Assembly (NCBI GenBank): GCA_002633005.1
Contig: NMRA01000024.1
Coordinates: 451,803-515,802 of the forward strand
DNA from: Phoronis australis
Lineage: Eukaryota > Animalia > Phoronida
Direction: 5' to 3'
DNA: 64,000 nucleotides
Positions 10,150 to 23,900 of the stretch are shown here, in pieces. Position 1 is the stretch's first letter, and each line of letters begins with the position of its first letter. The notes under the pieces were generated by a model, which searched no databases, had not been told where the DNA came from, and saw only the letters and a list, made by a program, of their open reading frames with translations. A program made the position numbers and the translations under genes.

Positions 10150-11198
10150 TGTTTAATTACAAGTGATTTTTGGTACGTAAATAACAAATACCTAATTGGT
10201 CTACAGAAGGCCCTGGGAGGTGGGTTTTATCGAGTACCGTGACATGGAGTGTTTAGAAAACAATGAAAACCAGTCAGTCAGCTAACATAGTACAGCTTCT
10301 CTCATTCAGAAGCTATTCCAGGCAGCAATCATGATCGTGCTGAAAATTAGATTAGATTTTTCTCTGTTGCAGAGTGGTCTGTGTCTGGGTAGCACAGCTA
10401 GGGGGGTGCAACTACTGCGTGTACAAATGTCCAGTAGCCAATTTGGCCATTTGGGCAACTGAATAAAGGACTGCTCGGAAAAAAGTTTGATTACGGGAGT
10501 ATTTGTTTAAGTTAGAAGGAATTAAAGACACCGACGACGTACTAAGGTGTCCCTCTATGTGGAAAAGGTAGTTTATAACAACGCGACACGTGATTTAATC
10601 TGAGTGTGAGGCATAATTTGCCGAAAAGCTTCCGGCGTATGAAGGACCTATTGGATGGCCACCGTCTCTGCTGCAGACAGTTGAGACCACAGGCACCTTT
10701 ATTCAACCACTCGTATGACACTACATGTTATAGCCTAGTGCATAACGGTGAGCGGCTGATGTCTGATGTGACTGTGAGCTCGGGTGCCTGTCTGTGCCTG
10801 AGCCTGCAGTGGGTGGTTGAGAACGACACGACAGGGGCAAGGTGATTTATCACACTTTTTACCTTCGTGACGGGCTTTATCTTCCCTTGCTTTATAAGTG
10901 GAGTGGGCGATTTCATTACCTTACGCTCACAAGTGCGTCTCTCTCAACAGTTACATTCACTTCTTTTTCCTCTGCTCTGGTGGCCCGCCGCCGCCGCCGC
11001 TCTTGTGTCGTCTTTCTATGATTGAGCGACTCCTATTGACAGAACTTGACACTGCCCACTGTCATAAATCAGCTGATGATTAATAAATCAGGTTTATTCG
11101 TTTATTTTTTCGTTTGTCTTCTTTTTGTTTTATGAGAATGTAAGTTTGTTCTTTGAAATGTGAATTAGTGCATTTCAACTAAAACATATTAATCTCAC

Positions 11199-11376
11199 AC
11201 TCTGTACGACAACCGTTAATCGGTCTCTAAGTCGCCATTTTTCTCTTGACAACGCATTGTGCAGTAAACAGTGGCTGTGAGTTCAGAGGATAAGCGAAAG
11301 TCGTCGTGTGTGCAAGGACTTTACAATTGTTAGGCTTGATACTTGTTGTAACTGTCATACGTTTCTGAATAAACAG
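11199..11376. promoter_or_regulatory. Putative bidirectional promoter and non-coding first exons of mTERF (-) and STPG2 (+)
   Basis: CpG-rich patch between head-to-head genes. YY1-like AAAATGGCG on - strand (11233-11241), X-box-like tttctcttgacaac (11240-11253), forkhead GTAAACA (11264-11270). + strand donor cag|gtaaga at 11376/11377 and candidate - strand donor gtgaga at 11198. Confidence 0.65.
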
Positions 11377-11861
11377 GTAAGAAGTTGACCACAAGTCCTA
11401 GTCGTATTTTGTTGTTTGGCGTATTCTTTTTAATTAATTCTAGCTGGATTCAGCAAGTAAGCCGTGTTGTGCCAGTGCCGTTGTGCGGTTCAGTCACCGT
11501 TCAGTGTCAACTTTGGTGGTTGCCCGTTTTGTAGTTAGCCCGTTTATCCTCATGTCTCATTCCAGCGCTATATGCTGTATAAATGTAGAAACCAGTAACC
11601 ACTACATTTCAACTTAGCTTGGCTCGGCATATAATTTGCTATGGAATGCGAAGCCATTGGACATAGCCTATGTCACTCCTATATGTCATAGGAGTGAATA
11701 CAACCCAAATTAATTAAGTTTGTAACCTTTTCACAAGAAGTTACCACGTAATTGCACTTATATGTCGAGATATCTTGGATTTTACCCATGGTTAACATGT
11801 GGGAAGTTTCATTTGTTTTCACAGAGATAATATTCATGCCTTGTCTTTCTATTGCAGGGTC

Positions 11862-11970
11862 ATGTATGACCGAGCTGTGAGGGAGTCGTTTAGACCCATT
11901 GGGTCCACGGGTGGAGTGGGACCTGGAGCTTATGAGATAGAGACACCGAGCAGGTCTAAAATAAAGTCTG
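11862..11970 (+). CDS. STPG2: STPG2 coding exon 1
   Basis: Acceptor tgcag at 11857; MYDRAVRESFRPIGSTGGVGPGAYE...; donor gtaagt. Confidence 0.93.
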
Positions 11971-14900
11971 GTAAGTTGTCTTTTGTGTAGCTTCAGAATC
12001 TCTTTATACAATGGGCAAGTTCAATGAGCAGTGCAAACGCTTGTTACAAATTGACCAAAAACGTCAAAATTGTCATTTTTCTATTTTTCAAAAATTTGCT
12101 ACATTTTCCATTGTTTGATGATGACTTTACACAAGCAGGTGTAATAATGAGGTAAAAAATAATTCCCAGGTATATGTGTTGAGGAATTCAAGCAAAGTAA
12201 AACTTCGCAGGTGCACCAAATTGTGTTGCAAAATGTAAAATTTTAACCATAAGTCACTTTGAAATTTTGGTACTGAATACGGCATATTGATCCCACATCA
12301 TAATCGCAAACGAATAATAAAGATTTTCATAAAACAACTGTATGCCTGCAGTTGCATGTTCATGCATCTCTATCTTCACTCCATGCCAAATATTGTAATT
12401 AAACCAAGCCTCCAGCTTTTTCATAACCTCTGACTCAAACTTGCTTTTAGTTCTGCATTAAAAATGTTTTCATGTCATTTGCAGATGGCTATGCACCTTT
12501 CCAATCTATGACCAGTAGAGAAACCTACCTACACATCAATGACTCTTCTATCGCTGCACCGGGACCAGGGCAATATGATCCCGGCTTCGTACAATACACA
12601 GTCAAGGGAGGCAGAACTCTGGCCAACAAGTCAAGACGCTTTACAGAAAACGAGACGCCCGTTCCAGGGCCCGGTGCCTATGCTGTGCAGAAGGACAATG
12701 ACTGGGAAAAACCAAATGCCAAATCTTTTAAGCCGTTCGGTGATAAGTCCCCCAGCAGCTTAAAGGGAGCGGTGAGTAGAGATTGCCGATGGATGTTTAA
12801 TTGAAAAGGTGTGGTACCAAATATTGGTACATGTGGTAAAACACACATTGACGCCATTTATTACACTCAACATTTTGTTAGTTGGGCAAATCTCTGTTGC
12901 GTTAATCACTGTTTCAGACATCCTGCTGTGACTCCTCATGGTAACATGGTTAAATTTTGCTGTGACAAGTTTAACTCAACATTGCAACGAGTGTGAACTC
13001 ATAAGATCTAGAGATTAGTATTAATTATTTACCAAACCAGGACATTTTTTATGTTTGGCGCCACTTCAGTGTACTGATTCCAAGCTTATAGGCATACCCC
13101 TAGCAACCATGGACATGCAATTTTGAACATCAATTTTGGAATTCACCTCTAGTTTTTTTTTTTTTTTTTGGAGAACGATGCAGAGGTGTTACTTGTATCA
13201 TAGACGTGGACAAATTGTGAAAGAGACTGTTACTCTTGAGATAAGCCAATGATTCTCTGAGGGTTTGTTAGCTTTACCATTATAAAACTGACTTGATTTC
13301 TGATCTGCGTTCACCGGTCTCATTCTAGCTAATGACAAATAGAATCAAGTTCAACCGTATGCCGGAGGCACCCTCTATACCCACACCAGGACAAGCGTAC
13401 GGATTTGAAGAAAATGAGGACGGGTCGTTGAGAAAACAGGATCCTCCTGAGAAGGACAGAACTCTGGGTCCCGCCTACTATGCTGTCAATAACACTGTAC
13501 GTCTACTTTTGTTGTAGTCTGTTGCCTGCTCAAAATGATTTATGCAACCGGTTTCACCATTAACTTATGGTTTCTCAAAATCTAGTCATGCACAATTGTG
13601 GGATAGACTGTTCTGAAAATATAGGTAATGCCACTAAGGAAAAGTATTGTTTTACTTCATTCTCAAAAATTCATTATTCAATAGCTATACTATGGTAAGA
13701 AAAAGTAGATGAAAGTTAAAGACACTTAGTACCAACTATGTTAATTTAAATTTTCTAAATACATACAAGGGGCATGCAAGGTGTAAATTTGTCATTTAAT
13801 CTACCATTATCATGATTGGAGGTCAGGAGAAACTTTCTGTGTTTTTAAGGTATTTTTCAATAGAGTTGAAATTTGCTTTCGCAGGTGGACACAGTTCCTA
13901 CCAGAGTATATAAGGGCAATCATTTTGGCAACCGCACCTCAAAGAGAATTGATTTTGTCAAGTCGCATGAGGGTCCAGGTCCTGGCGAGTATGAAGTTCT
14001 GAAGGAATCAACCCTGAAGGCTGAGAATGCAAACATTAAAGATGATCAAAGACAGAGGTTTGAAGCAAAAATCCCACGATACCACGAGTCTATTGAAAAA
14101 CAAGAATCCAAAAAAGTAAGTGTTGTCCCTTCTGCTGTGACAGTTTGATTTTACTAAAAAATAGTTTGTGTTTAGAACTGTTTGAATTTGTTGAACTTTT
14201 AAGATTTTATAGTAATGCAATTACCATCAAGCAAAATTTCGAATCACCTGTGAGAAGAACTGGCTACAGTAAACTGTGTATAGAGCAAACAATGCTTTCT
14301 TTTCATGGACTCTGTTTAAGTTCTTTTCCAATTAAGTTTCCGACTTGTACGTAAATGTCTTCTGCTTCATTTTTCTAGGCAGTCCCAGGTCCTGGTAAAT
14401 ATGAGATCAAAGGAGAATTTGATGTCAAGCCTCCCAAAGTGAACATTGAAGGAATTGAAATTGAACACCCACCATTTCTCTCTCAAGCTAAGGTAAGGTT
14501 TCACTATAGATGTCACTGCTATGCGTTTCAGTGAAAAGTGTTTCCATAATCAAACAATAGGTGGCACTACTAAACATGCTATTTTGCATGCAGCCACTTT
14601 CTGTGGACTTAATGACTGGGTGTTGGGCATGATGATTGCTTAATATGACAAAGCTGCCAGTCATAAGGATATTGAATGCTCTTGCATTTTTGACTTGAAA
14701 CTTATCCATATTCTTCATACTCTGTTACTTGATCATTTTCCTGAATGATGGCAGTCTGTTTCTTTTAGCTGTTCCATGGGTCTGTAGTGTGTGCTTTTTA
14801 GTAACTGCACAAGTGTTTTGTTTTGTCAATTTCATTTAATGCTTTCTTGCATTGATCACTGGTTGTGTTGACGCCAGTCTAACATCTTGTTTGTTTTATT

Positions 14901-17900
14901 TTTAAGCGTTTCGGCTCCTTCGATACAGTCGCACCCGCGCCTGGTTCGTACAATGACCCGAGGGTAGCCTTGGAGGCCTTGAAGAAAGTGAGTGGATTGA
15001 AACGAAGCCCTTTTGGTCAGACCGCTGTGCGATTTCAGCCTCAACATCATGTCAGGAAAACACCCGGTATGTTTTGTTTTATTTTTTTTATAGAGTAACT
15101 CATTTTACATTCATTCTTTTTCATGTACGGTACTCAGAGCTTTCTGATCTTCATTCAGACGATAATGTGAGCATCTGTTTTACACTAGCCCCACCTGTCG
15201 AAAAGCCGACCACTCCTGTCTGTTTGTCTAAATATAAGAAACTAAATATTAAAACTTTATTGTACTTTGCTTAAGTAGACAAATTTTACTCTTACCTTTA
15301 TGTACTTGGCCGCACTGTATGAAACTCAACTTTTCTCCATTGGATAACATTTACGTTAGAGGATCATCAAATCATTATTCATAAAGACAATGTCATGTGT
15401 AATCAGGGTGTGTAATCAATCACAAGGTGTCATTATTGACACACAGTGGATTGTTTAGACGGAACTGAGACCTGAATAGACTCAAGTGAAATATTGTTAA
15501 CCTATTCAAAAACACACTGACTATACAATTACCAGAAACCTAACAGGAAACATGAAATTGAGCCGGTGTATGTGACTACAAAAATTATTTTTTTTGGTCA
15601 GGCGCCAGTACCAGTTGTTTGCTGAGAGAAGTCTCAGTCATGGTGACTCAAGGAAGATGACTTTTTGTGATGTAATTATGTAAATTATCCTGGCTGGCTA
15701 GTCCCAGACAGTCTGGGCAATTACATGGCCTGGCGATTAGGGGAGATTATTTTAAGTGATGTCCATTTCCCTTATGAAATGACCCTTGTCTGAGGCATAT
15801 GTCTGCCTAATCTTCCGGCAATTCAGATCTGTGGATTGTAGCTCTATGACGTACTGTACCCGATATTTTCAAGTGTCTCTTGGTTTTACCGGTACCGGAT
15901 AAATTTGTCATTGGTTCAGTTTTCACAGACTTAGCGGAAATGATTGAGTGTAGTCCTAATCTGTCAACAACGTAAACAACAATGTATAAACAGTTATAAT
16001 AAAAGAAACAATAATTATTGTGATGTCAAAATTAGGAAACTGTCAGTAAGCAATGATAATTGCAGTACTGCGACAGCAAATGTAAATAATGATGTTCATA
16101 ATGATGGCAGTAATGAAAAAATATCAATGTAAAATAACTGAATCTGTGAATACAGAAATGTCATCACGGGTAAAATAACTCTTATAGCAATTCATTTCGA
16201 AAATCACAATGTGGTTTGAAAACCCCTGGCCTGTTTTTTATCTTTTGATTGGTTTGTTCATTATTAGTTATGTAGTCTGGGGTATCTCTCACTACAGAGG
16301 CAGACCCCTGAGAGTCTCAGTAATCCTGCTGGCAGACAATAAGCTCATTGAGTAAATTGTCATGTACAACAGTCACCAACCATATGATCCATTAGCGGTG
16401 GTCTGGCAGGTCTCCGTTCTTGACCCTGGTTTGTTCAGTTGCAAGAACTGTGTCTGGCTGCTGAATCTCACCAATTTCGGACAAAATAATTCCCGAAAAT
16501 GCCTATTTTTCATTTTGCAAGGGCTTCTAGTATCATTGTGAATGTCCACAATTTTTCAAAACTTGTCTGATGGTTGCTGTGGTACACAACCTGAGCATAG
16601 GAAAGCACTTAACTTGGCGCTACGTATGTTTCTTGGAAAAAATTATCAGTCGTATTGTGTCCCAAGGCAATGAGATTTCACTGCATGTGTCTAGTGACGA
16701 ACGTTATTTGACAGTTGCTACTAATTCTAGTATATGCCAAAAAATTTGTATTCTCCGAATTCAATAATTTTAATAAGTTGCGTTATGTCACTGACAGTAA
16801 TTTTTTACCTATATATAGGCGCCCGCTGCAGTGAAATGGGGAATTTTGTTGTATTTATATTCGTCTTATCAGCAGATACAAATATTAAGGAGACTCCTGC
16901 ACTATTATCTGCATGTACATGGTATATATACTTGATTAAATGTTGTTTGTTTATAACCGCAGTCGACCTTTGAAAATTCAAAAAATGTGTATTTGAAATG
17001 AAAAAATTACTGCAATGGTTTTTTAACTCATCCAGGTACTTGAAAGTCTGTAAATATTGCCAAATGCATGCTGTAATTTTCAAGAAAGAATTTTTGTTAC
17101 TTAATATTTCTAGTAGGTATAAGTAAAGAAAGTAATTTTCCTTTTCACAGGCCCGGGCTCATACAATCACATTGGTCTGGCTGGAGAGAGCATGCGTAAA
17201 GCCTACATCGAGTCGACGCGACGTGGCGTGTTCGGCACCACCTCGGTAAGAGTACAGCCCCTGGCCGAGAAAGAAAAGGCCGAGGTCCCGGGGCCAGGCC
17301 AATATCAGATCAAGGAGAAACGATTCTTGCCAAGATACCAACAGCTTTCCGCCAACTTCTCTTCACTAACACAGAGACTAGTGGAAGTGGACCCCACAGC
17401 CAAGGTATGTTTGGGCTTGTGTATTGAGAACCAGTTGAAAACATGACTTTGATTCAGGCCGCCTATTTCAGTATAGTCCATCCTTTCTAATTCTCTAAAC
17501 AGTTTTCTCATTTTCTGTTCATATTGGTAAACTTAAATACCAATGGACAAAGAAAAATTATATAATTTATGACATTTGATTTGAGTCCCTTCTCCAAACA
17601 CTGAGTTTCCTCAGTCTGGCTTTCGGTTCACACTGATTAAGGAGAGCAGTGATGAACATAGGAAATGGTATAATGATATTTTAAAAAAATAGATAAAGTA
17701 ACTTTTCAAAGACATTTCGTGCAGGCTAGTTAAAGTCATGTTTTCGGCAAAGACTGTCTATGCAAATTGTTGCTGTAAACTTCATTCACTCCTATTGATA
17801 AAAGGGTACTAATCTGATATAGAGTGCCCGAATTTTGAGAACCAGTTTTCTCCACTGAATAACGGGCATCAAACTGGTTCTCAAAATATGGGCACGTTAT

Positions 17901-20900
17901 ATCAGACTATTGCTGATAAAAGTCCTGTGAGATGCGTCCTCTTTGAATAAAGCCTAAAAATCAAACAGGCGTTACTAATGTCTATGTGACTTTGATTCGA
18001 ATACTCATGACTTCTCTGATTCCCTACTTGTCTTGGCCTTTGGGGGTACCAGCTGACTCAGCAGACGTACCTCGGGGGACGTGTCAGTCTGTTTTAAGTG
18101 CCTGTGTACTTTTCCAAGACATGGCTATGCATTTTGTTGAACCATAAGTGTTTCTGTAATTCCAGTTTCTGTTGTCAAATGTAGAAAGACTAATTGTAGT
18201 GTTTAAGTGCTTTTCGATGTCGTTTTTTTTTAGGTATATTCACCTCAAACCCTTAATCGAGAGCGACAGTTCCTGGTCTAGTTTAAATTGGTTTTTTTAC
18301 AATACTGATTTTCTAAATTCAAAAAATATAGGATTTCGCTCACAAGCTCTCCATTAAAGGACATATTGGACCCGCATGTCTTTCTCAAGGCTGACATAGT
18401 GTTTGCCTAAAGTCTGCAAAAGTATCAAACACCTGCTGTAAATGAACTTCACGTAGGTCCTTCTAATCATTGTTATTTAATAAAATTCAGACACATGGCT
18501 AGCGATGAGGCCTTAAATGTTTTTTTTTTGTAACTAGTTATCACACTTGTTTCTGTGGTGGCACTCCTATGCTAACAGATGGTGGCCGTAAACTTTACTT
18601 ATCCATCATGAGTCTTCTGTTGTTGATTGCATCAAAACAGTTTTTACATGTTTTCATGATCAGAAACCTCTGCATTGTAAATCTCCATGAAGAAAGGCCT
18701 TAACTATTTTAAAATCTTCATGATTATAAAACACTTAATGTTTTGCACATGTCAGATCAGTGACTTGACCAAAATTCAGTGCCTGAGTAGGGAGCTCTGT
18801 TTTTAATTTTATTTAATTACTAGGCACAAACAAGATCAGGAATAAACTTTTATCTGGCTCATGACATGTTCCCTATAATTTGTGAGTCATCAATTTCCTA
18901 AAATTCTCTTCACTGAACTGCACTGAATGGGCTAGGTCAGTTGTGACCTGAAGCCCCAATCACTGACATGCGTGACCCTCGGGCTGTCCCTTACAAGAGA
19001 CAGCCATCATGTCTGATTAAGCAGTAGCAAAGTTGAATGGGCGACCTGAGGCCGAACAATACTTAAGACTTCAGTAATATAATGCGCAATTTCTAAGTTG
19101 AGGTCTTCTGTATTTCACGGTATTTTCAACACTGAATTAATTAATTAACTTGTATTGAATATTTTCTTGTATGCGGCTTTGAACTTGGTCTAGATATCAG
19201 TTTGAATGTACAGTTTTAATTCAAGCTATTGGATTAGATGGGACGCTCGCTGTCTCAGTGTAAAAGCGGGTATATGTAATTCAAGGGTCAATACCCAAGA
19301 GAAAATATCCCTGTTGTCAGGTATGGTTAAAATACAATTCTTAGTTTAGTTACCATTAAGTTAGACTATAGATAATGCACCATAATTATGGCCCATTAGT
19401 GCCTAACCAACTGAGGCTCCTATTCTCAGGTGATGCCGAGTGTCTGGTTACCAAAGTACACCTGAGACAGGTAAAAACAGGATATTATGCCACTTCCTTT
19501 GCTTCCATTTGTGAGTCCACATTAAACAGTGTGATGCTGATTTCCATTAGTTTGTAAGTTAAAACGCATTTTAAAATAGAAACATAATCCTAAAAGCTAT
19601 TATGAATAGGCTTATCGACATTACAATGTGCACGAGTTTCTAAGCATGAGTACAAATGTGAATTGCTTATTACAAGAAATTGGCAAATATCAAATGTTTA
19701 TTACAAGAAATCTGTACACCCAGAAGATGGACGTCGTCATTCATCCAGGTGACATGAAAATAAAAATGATCTGTATTTTGTGGGATAATTACTTGACTCT
19801 TAACAGTTGTTGCTTCCCGCAAAAGATGGAGGAAATTATTCAAGAAAGTTTACAAAAGATTTTATTTCCGTATTTTTTAACCTTTGTGTGCAGAATTTTT
19901 CCGTAGACTATGTCATCTTGAAAATCATTTTTGGGTGTAGAAGAAACCCAACAATTTCTTGAGGTTTCCTTTTCCTCAAATTTTAGACATTGGTGAGATG
20001 ATTAATGTCTAAATGAAAGAATAGTAAACTTGTCATTGTGTACTGTACTGGACATCATATCTCAACTAGCTACTTACAGATACTAAAAAGTTATCTGCAC
20101 TGAGATGAGAGTCAGTGTCTAGTTCTTAAGTTGGGTTCTCTGATAACAGCCATTAAGACCACTCTGCTGTGTTATCTGAATCACAAAACAAGAGGTGCCT
20201 GGTCATAAGTCCAGCCCACCAATGCTGAGGAGTGATTACGTTTTGACAAGTCCCCATGCATCTTGTATTGAATCACAGCATCATGGTTGAAGGATTTCCT
20301 GAACTCTTGATTTAAATGCTTTCACTACACTTTCTGCAATAAACAAGGGACTGGACCACCAAAGGACAGGACATAAAAACTGACAGTGGTAATTTCCACG
20401 AAGTTTATGCATTAGTCTTAATCGTTTAAAAGTCTTGTTTTGACACAAACCCACTCCAAGCCTGGAGTCAGATGATGATTCTGGTGTTTCATTTCAAATC
20501 ACTCCTTTGCTTTAACTCCAAGTAGGCGTAATTTGATTTAAGCCCCATTAGCCGAGACTTACCCTGTATATAAACTGTGCGTAATGCTAACGGGACATTT
20601 TCAATATTGAGATGTACATTCGGATACAGTTTCTGTCCTCTTCGAAAATCACAAGGGTTTTGAAGATCATGTGTCTGCCTTTCGAGGAACACCCTCGTAG
20701 AAATCGATGGCTTTTGATGCCAGTTGATCACATGCGTTTTCACAAAATTGGCCTATAATTCATTTTTGAAATGGTCAGGTTTGTGAATAAAATTCCTTCA
20801 TAAAGTTTCAATTAGGTTTGATTGGGAAATTTCTACTCAGGTTTTCAGTGCTGTGTGATAACCTGTGGTGATGATAAAATTGATGACAATTAAAGAACTA

Positions 20901-23900
20901 AAGCAACAACAACAACAACAACAACAACAATAGTATTTATAAAATTGAATGCAATAATTATTATCATAATAATTAATTTCAAACACCTTTTGTAAGTGCT
21001 CTGACCAATAAACTACATAGTGTTCATTCGCGCATACTATTTCAATTTTCTAACCACTTAATAGAGTCTGATACATGACTCAGAAATTTCACAGAGAGTC
21101 TGGCAGCTAAAGACCCAAAGCGATTCCACGGAGGTCTTTATGACCAGCCCGTGTCATGTTATTTAAAGCAACATTTATAGATCGTTTAAAATTCCCCACT
21201 TCTCCCATGGCAAGTCCTGCCAACTGTTTCTGACTTCCACCACATGGCCCCTGGTGTAGCCAAGGATTGCATTAACCTTTCAAAACAAGTTATGGCAGAG
21301 AAAGACCAGAAACAGTGAAATATTTGTGGGGGAACCTAGTATCTGTTTCAGTTGGCCATATGGTTTACTTTTGTGTTGGTAGTGAACATGTATCAATTTA
21401 GAAAATCAATCTTGACAAAGAGGCATTCTTTTGTTCCTAGCATCACTGGAGATAATCTGTTTAATGTCTTAAATTTATTTTTTTTATTTTCTACTGTTGC
21501 CATGTCTTTAGTAATTGCAACTAGCGTTCCTTACTCCATTGTACACGGCCCATATCATCTACATAATGTTGCAGGATTTTTTCTGAAAAGTGCAAGCTCA
21601 ATTTCACAAAGAATTTCAGTAGGCCTATTTTATATTTCATGCCACAATGTTTTCTATTCTTTGGCAGTGTATGTTGCACACATTCCTGCAGCACTGACGT
21701 GCATGCTTATCAAGGTTTGCTTTTGATTTTGACTTTCAACACCAGGTAGCAGCATAGGTAATGTGTTCACCCTTGATGAGTTTTTAGTGATACCAGGTAT
21801 TACAGGCAGACAAAGTGAATTAAGATTTCAAGATATCTGTATGGCAATGTCTCATCAATTTTGGACACAATGAGGCAAACAAGTGAAATTGTTTTGCTGC
21901 TTTATCATCTTTTTTTACAAAAAAGTAGCACCACATAAATGATATGTCACTGATATGTTCTTTACCACAACCGCCATCAGACTATGGGTACATTTGACTG
22001 ACTGGATCAACCAACTAAGACATCTGATTGGTTCTTAGTGACAACTTCTGGCTTTTAAACCAATCAAATGTCTTGTTTTGAGAAATTGTGAGCATCCACA
22101 ACAATGTTAAAAGTTTGAAAAACGAAAAAGATCAAATTTAACAATTCTTTTTGTCTGAAAAATTAGTGAGACAACTTATTCATTTTTATGATATGTTGCA
22201 TTAGAGACTAAGTAGGCAAATTCCAAGGTCAGAGGATACATTTTGAGTGTGCTAATAAATGTTTTTGTAGGAAATGCCCCCTCCAGGTTCTTATGATGTC
22301 CATAAGTCTTTCGCTAAGTCTCAGCTGAAGAAGAACCCAGCACCACCCAGGAACAAGGAGGCAGCTAGGAGGAAGAATGCCTTTCAAATGTCTGCCTCGA
22401 GATTTGCCCCCGAGAGGAACCTCAAGAATAGTGCACCCGACCCTAGTGTTCCAGGTGTGTAAATATACAACATTGTTTGAATGCTGTTACCGAGTCGTTT
22501 TTTACTTCAAATGTTCAGTAGTTGAATTATTTTGTTCATTGTCCGTGGTATTGCTTTTTGTGGTAATGCACTTTTATGATATTTTTTGTATTTTTCGTTG
22601 CTGCTTCCACTTGTTCATTTTTGGTGGATGTCTGTATTTCCATCGTGAAATCAAATATTAATTTAAAAAAGGAATTCCTGTCATGGTCAGAAAACTAGCC
22701 ACAAGGTGATTTTGGGTTATGGCTACTGAAAATTGCTGGTAATCAATCAATGCTTGGTGAAATCAATACTTTATTCCAGGCTCCTGAAGTTTCCCTTGAA
22801 TAACATCTAACACCTGGGCCCAACACCAAGCTTTACTCTGAGACTGATAACTGTCTAATCACATTAGGAAAGAAATTCTTGAAATTTAACTCAAACTTGC
22901 GACTTGATTGGTCAATTTTTTGTCAAGTTTCGAATAATGTTTAGTCATCCCATCCGCCGATTTTTGACACAGGATTTTCTCGTGACAACCAAAGTTTGTG
23001 AATTAAAATTGTGCTTTTGTTCATGAAATACTCATCTCTAAGATTACGTGAATTTGAGGAATGCATTCTTGATAGTGTCATACAGTGATGAGTCTGAGTA
23101 TTGTACTTACCTGCCCCCATCTCATCCACAGGCCCTGGTGCATATATGCCTAGTACTGCCGCTCTGAAAGAAACAGGAGGGTTGATGACGACTAAGGACA
23201 AACGATTCAGAATGGAAAAGATCGATGAAACACCTGGTCCGGGTGCCTATGAGGTACGATAACGTTTTGATCATTTGTTTTAAACAGTGTGCCTGCACAT
23301 GCATTTAGAACCCCAAAAATCTTCATCTCCAAAATCGCTCCATCCCTGGCAGCACAATCATGAAATTCCGGAACTGTTAAACTCTCGTTTTATTTAATTT
23401 TTTTGCTTAGTTCTTCTGACAGAAAGAAAATTGAAGTGACGCAAGGCTGGCTATTGAAATACATGGGCATTTGTTTACTTCTGTTGTGAACTTGGGATTT
23501 ACCTGAGAAGACTTGTCGTAGTTATGACACAATTAAACATATTTTTGGGGTCATGGGGTCATGTCTGTAGACTGACATGCCACTTTGTTCTGAATGAAAT
23601 ATTTTTGGTTTGAAAATTTTGTTTTCCTGATGTATAATGGACAGGAATAAGTGAAATTCGTTCCGTACCCCTAAATGAGAACATAGATTAATCAATTATT
23701 TCTGGAGAACAAAAACATCTGGGAACGTATTGCATAGCAAATGAAATATTTTCCAGTTCTTTGTCAGTACATCCACATGACTATTAAGTGAAAAATCATT
23801 TAACATTGCATCTTTGAGGATCTCATTGAAAACAGTTTCATTAGCTTCATTAACTTATTCAAATTGGTTTCAAGAAAAATCTTTTTAACTCTGTAAAACA

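Noticed and set aside
15133-15160. Second hammerhead-like motif on - strand (ctgaatga...gaaagctc)
   Set aside because: The core is disrupted and there is almost no stem II.
21352-21726. 124 aa hydrophobic ORF
   Set aside because: T-rich intron with a TTG start and no recognisable domain or exon boundaries.
23103-23116. U1 snRNA-like tacttacctg
   Set aside because: Only 10 nt match; it lies in the acceptor region of an STPG2 intron.
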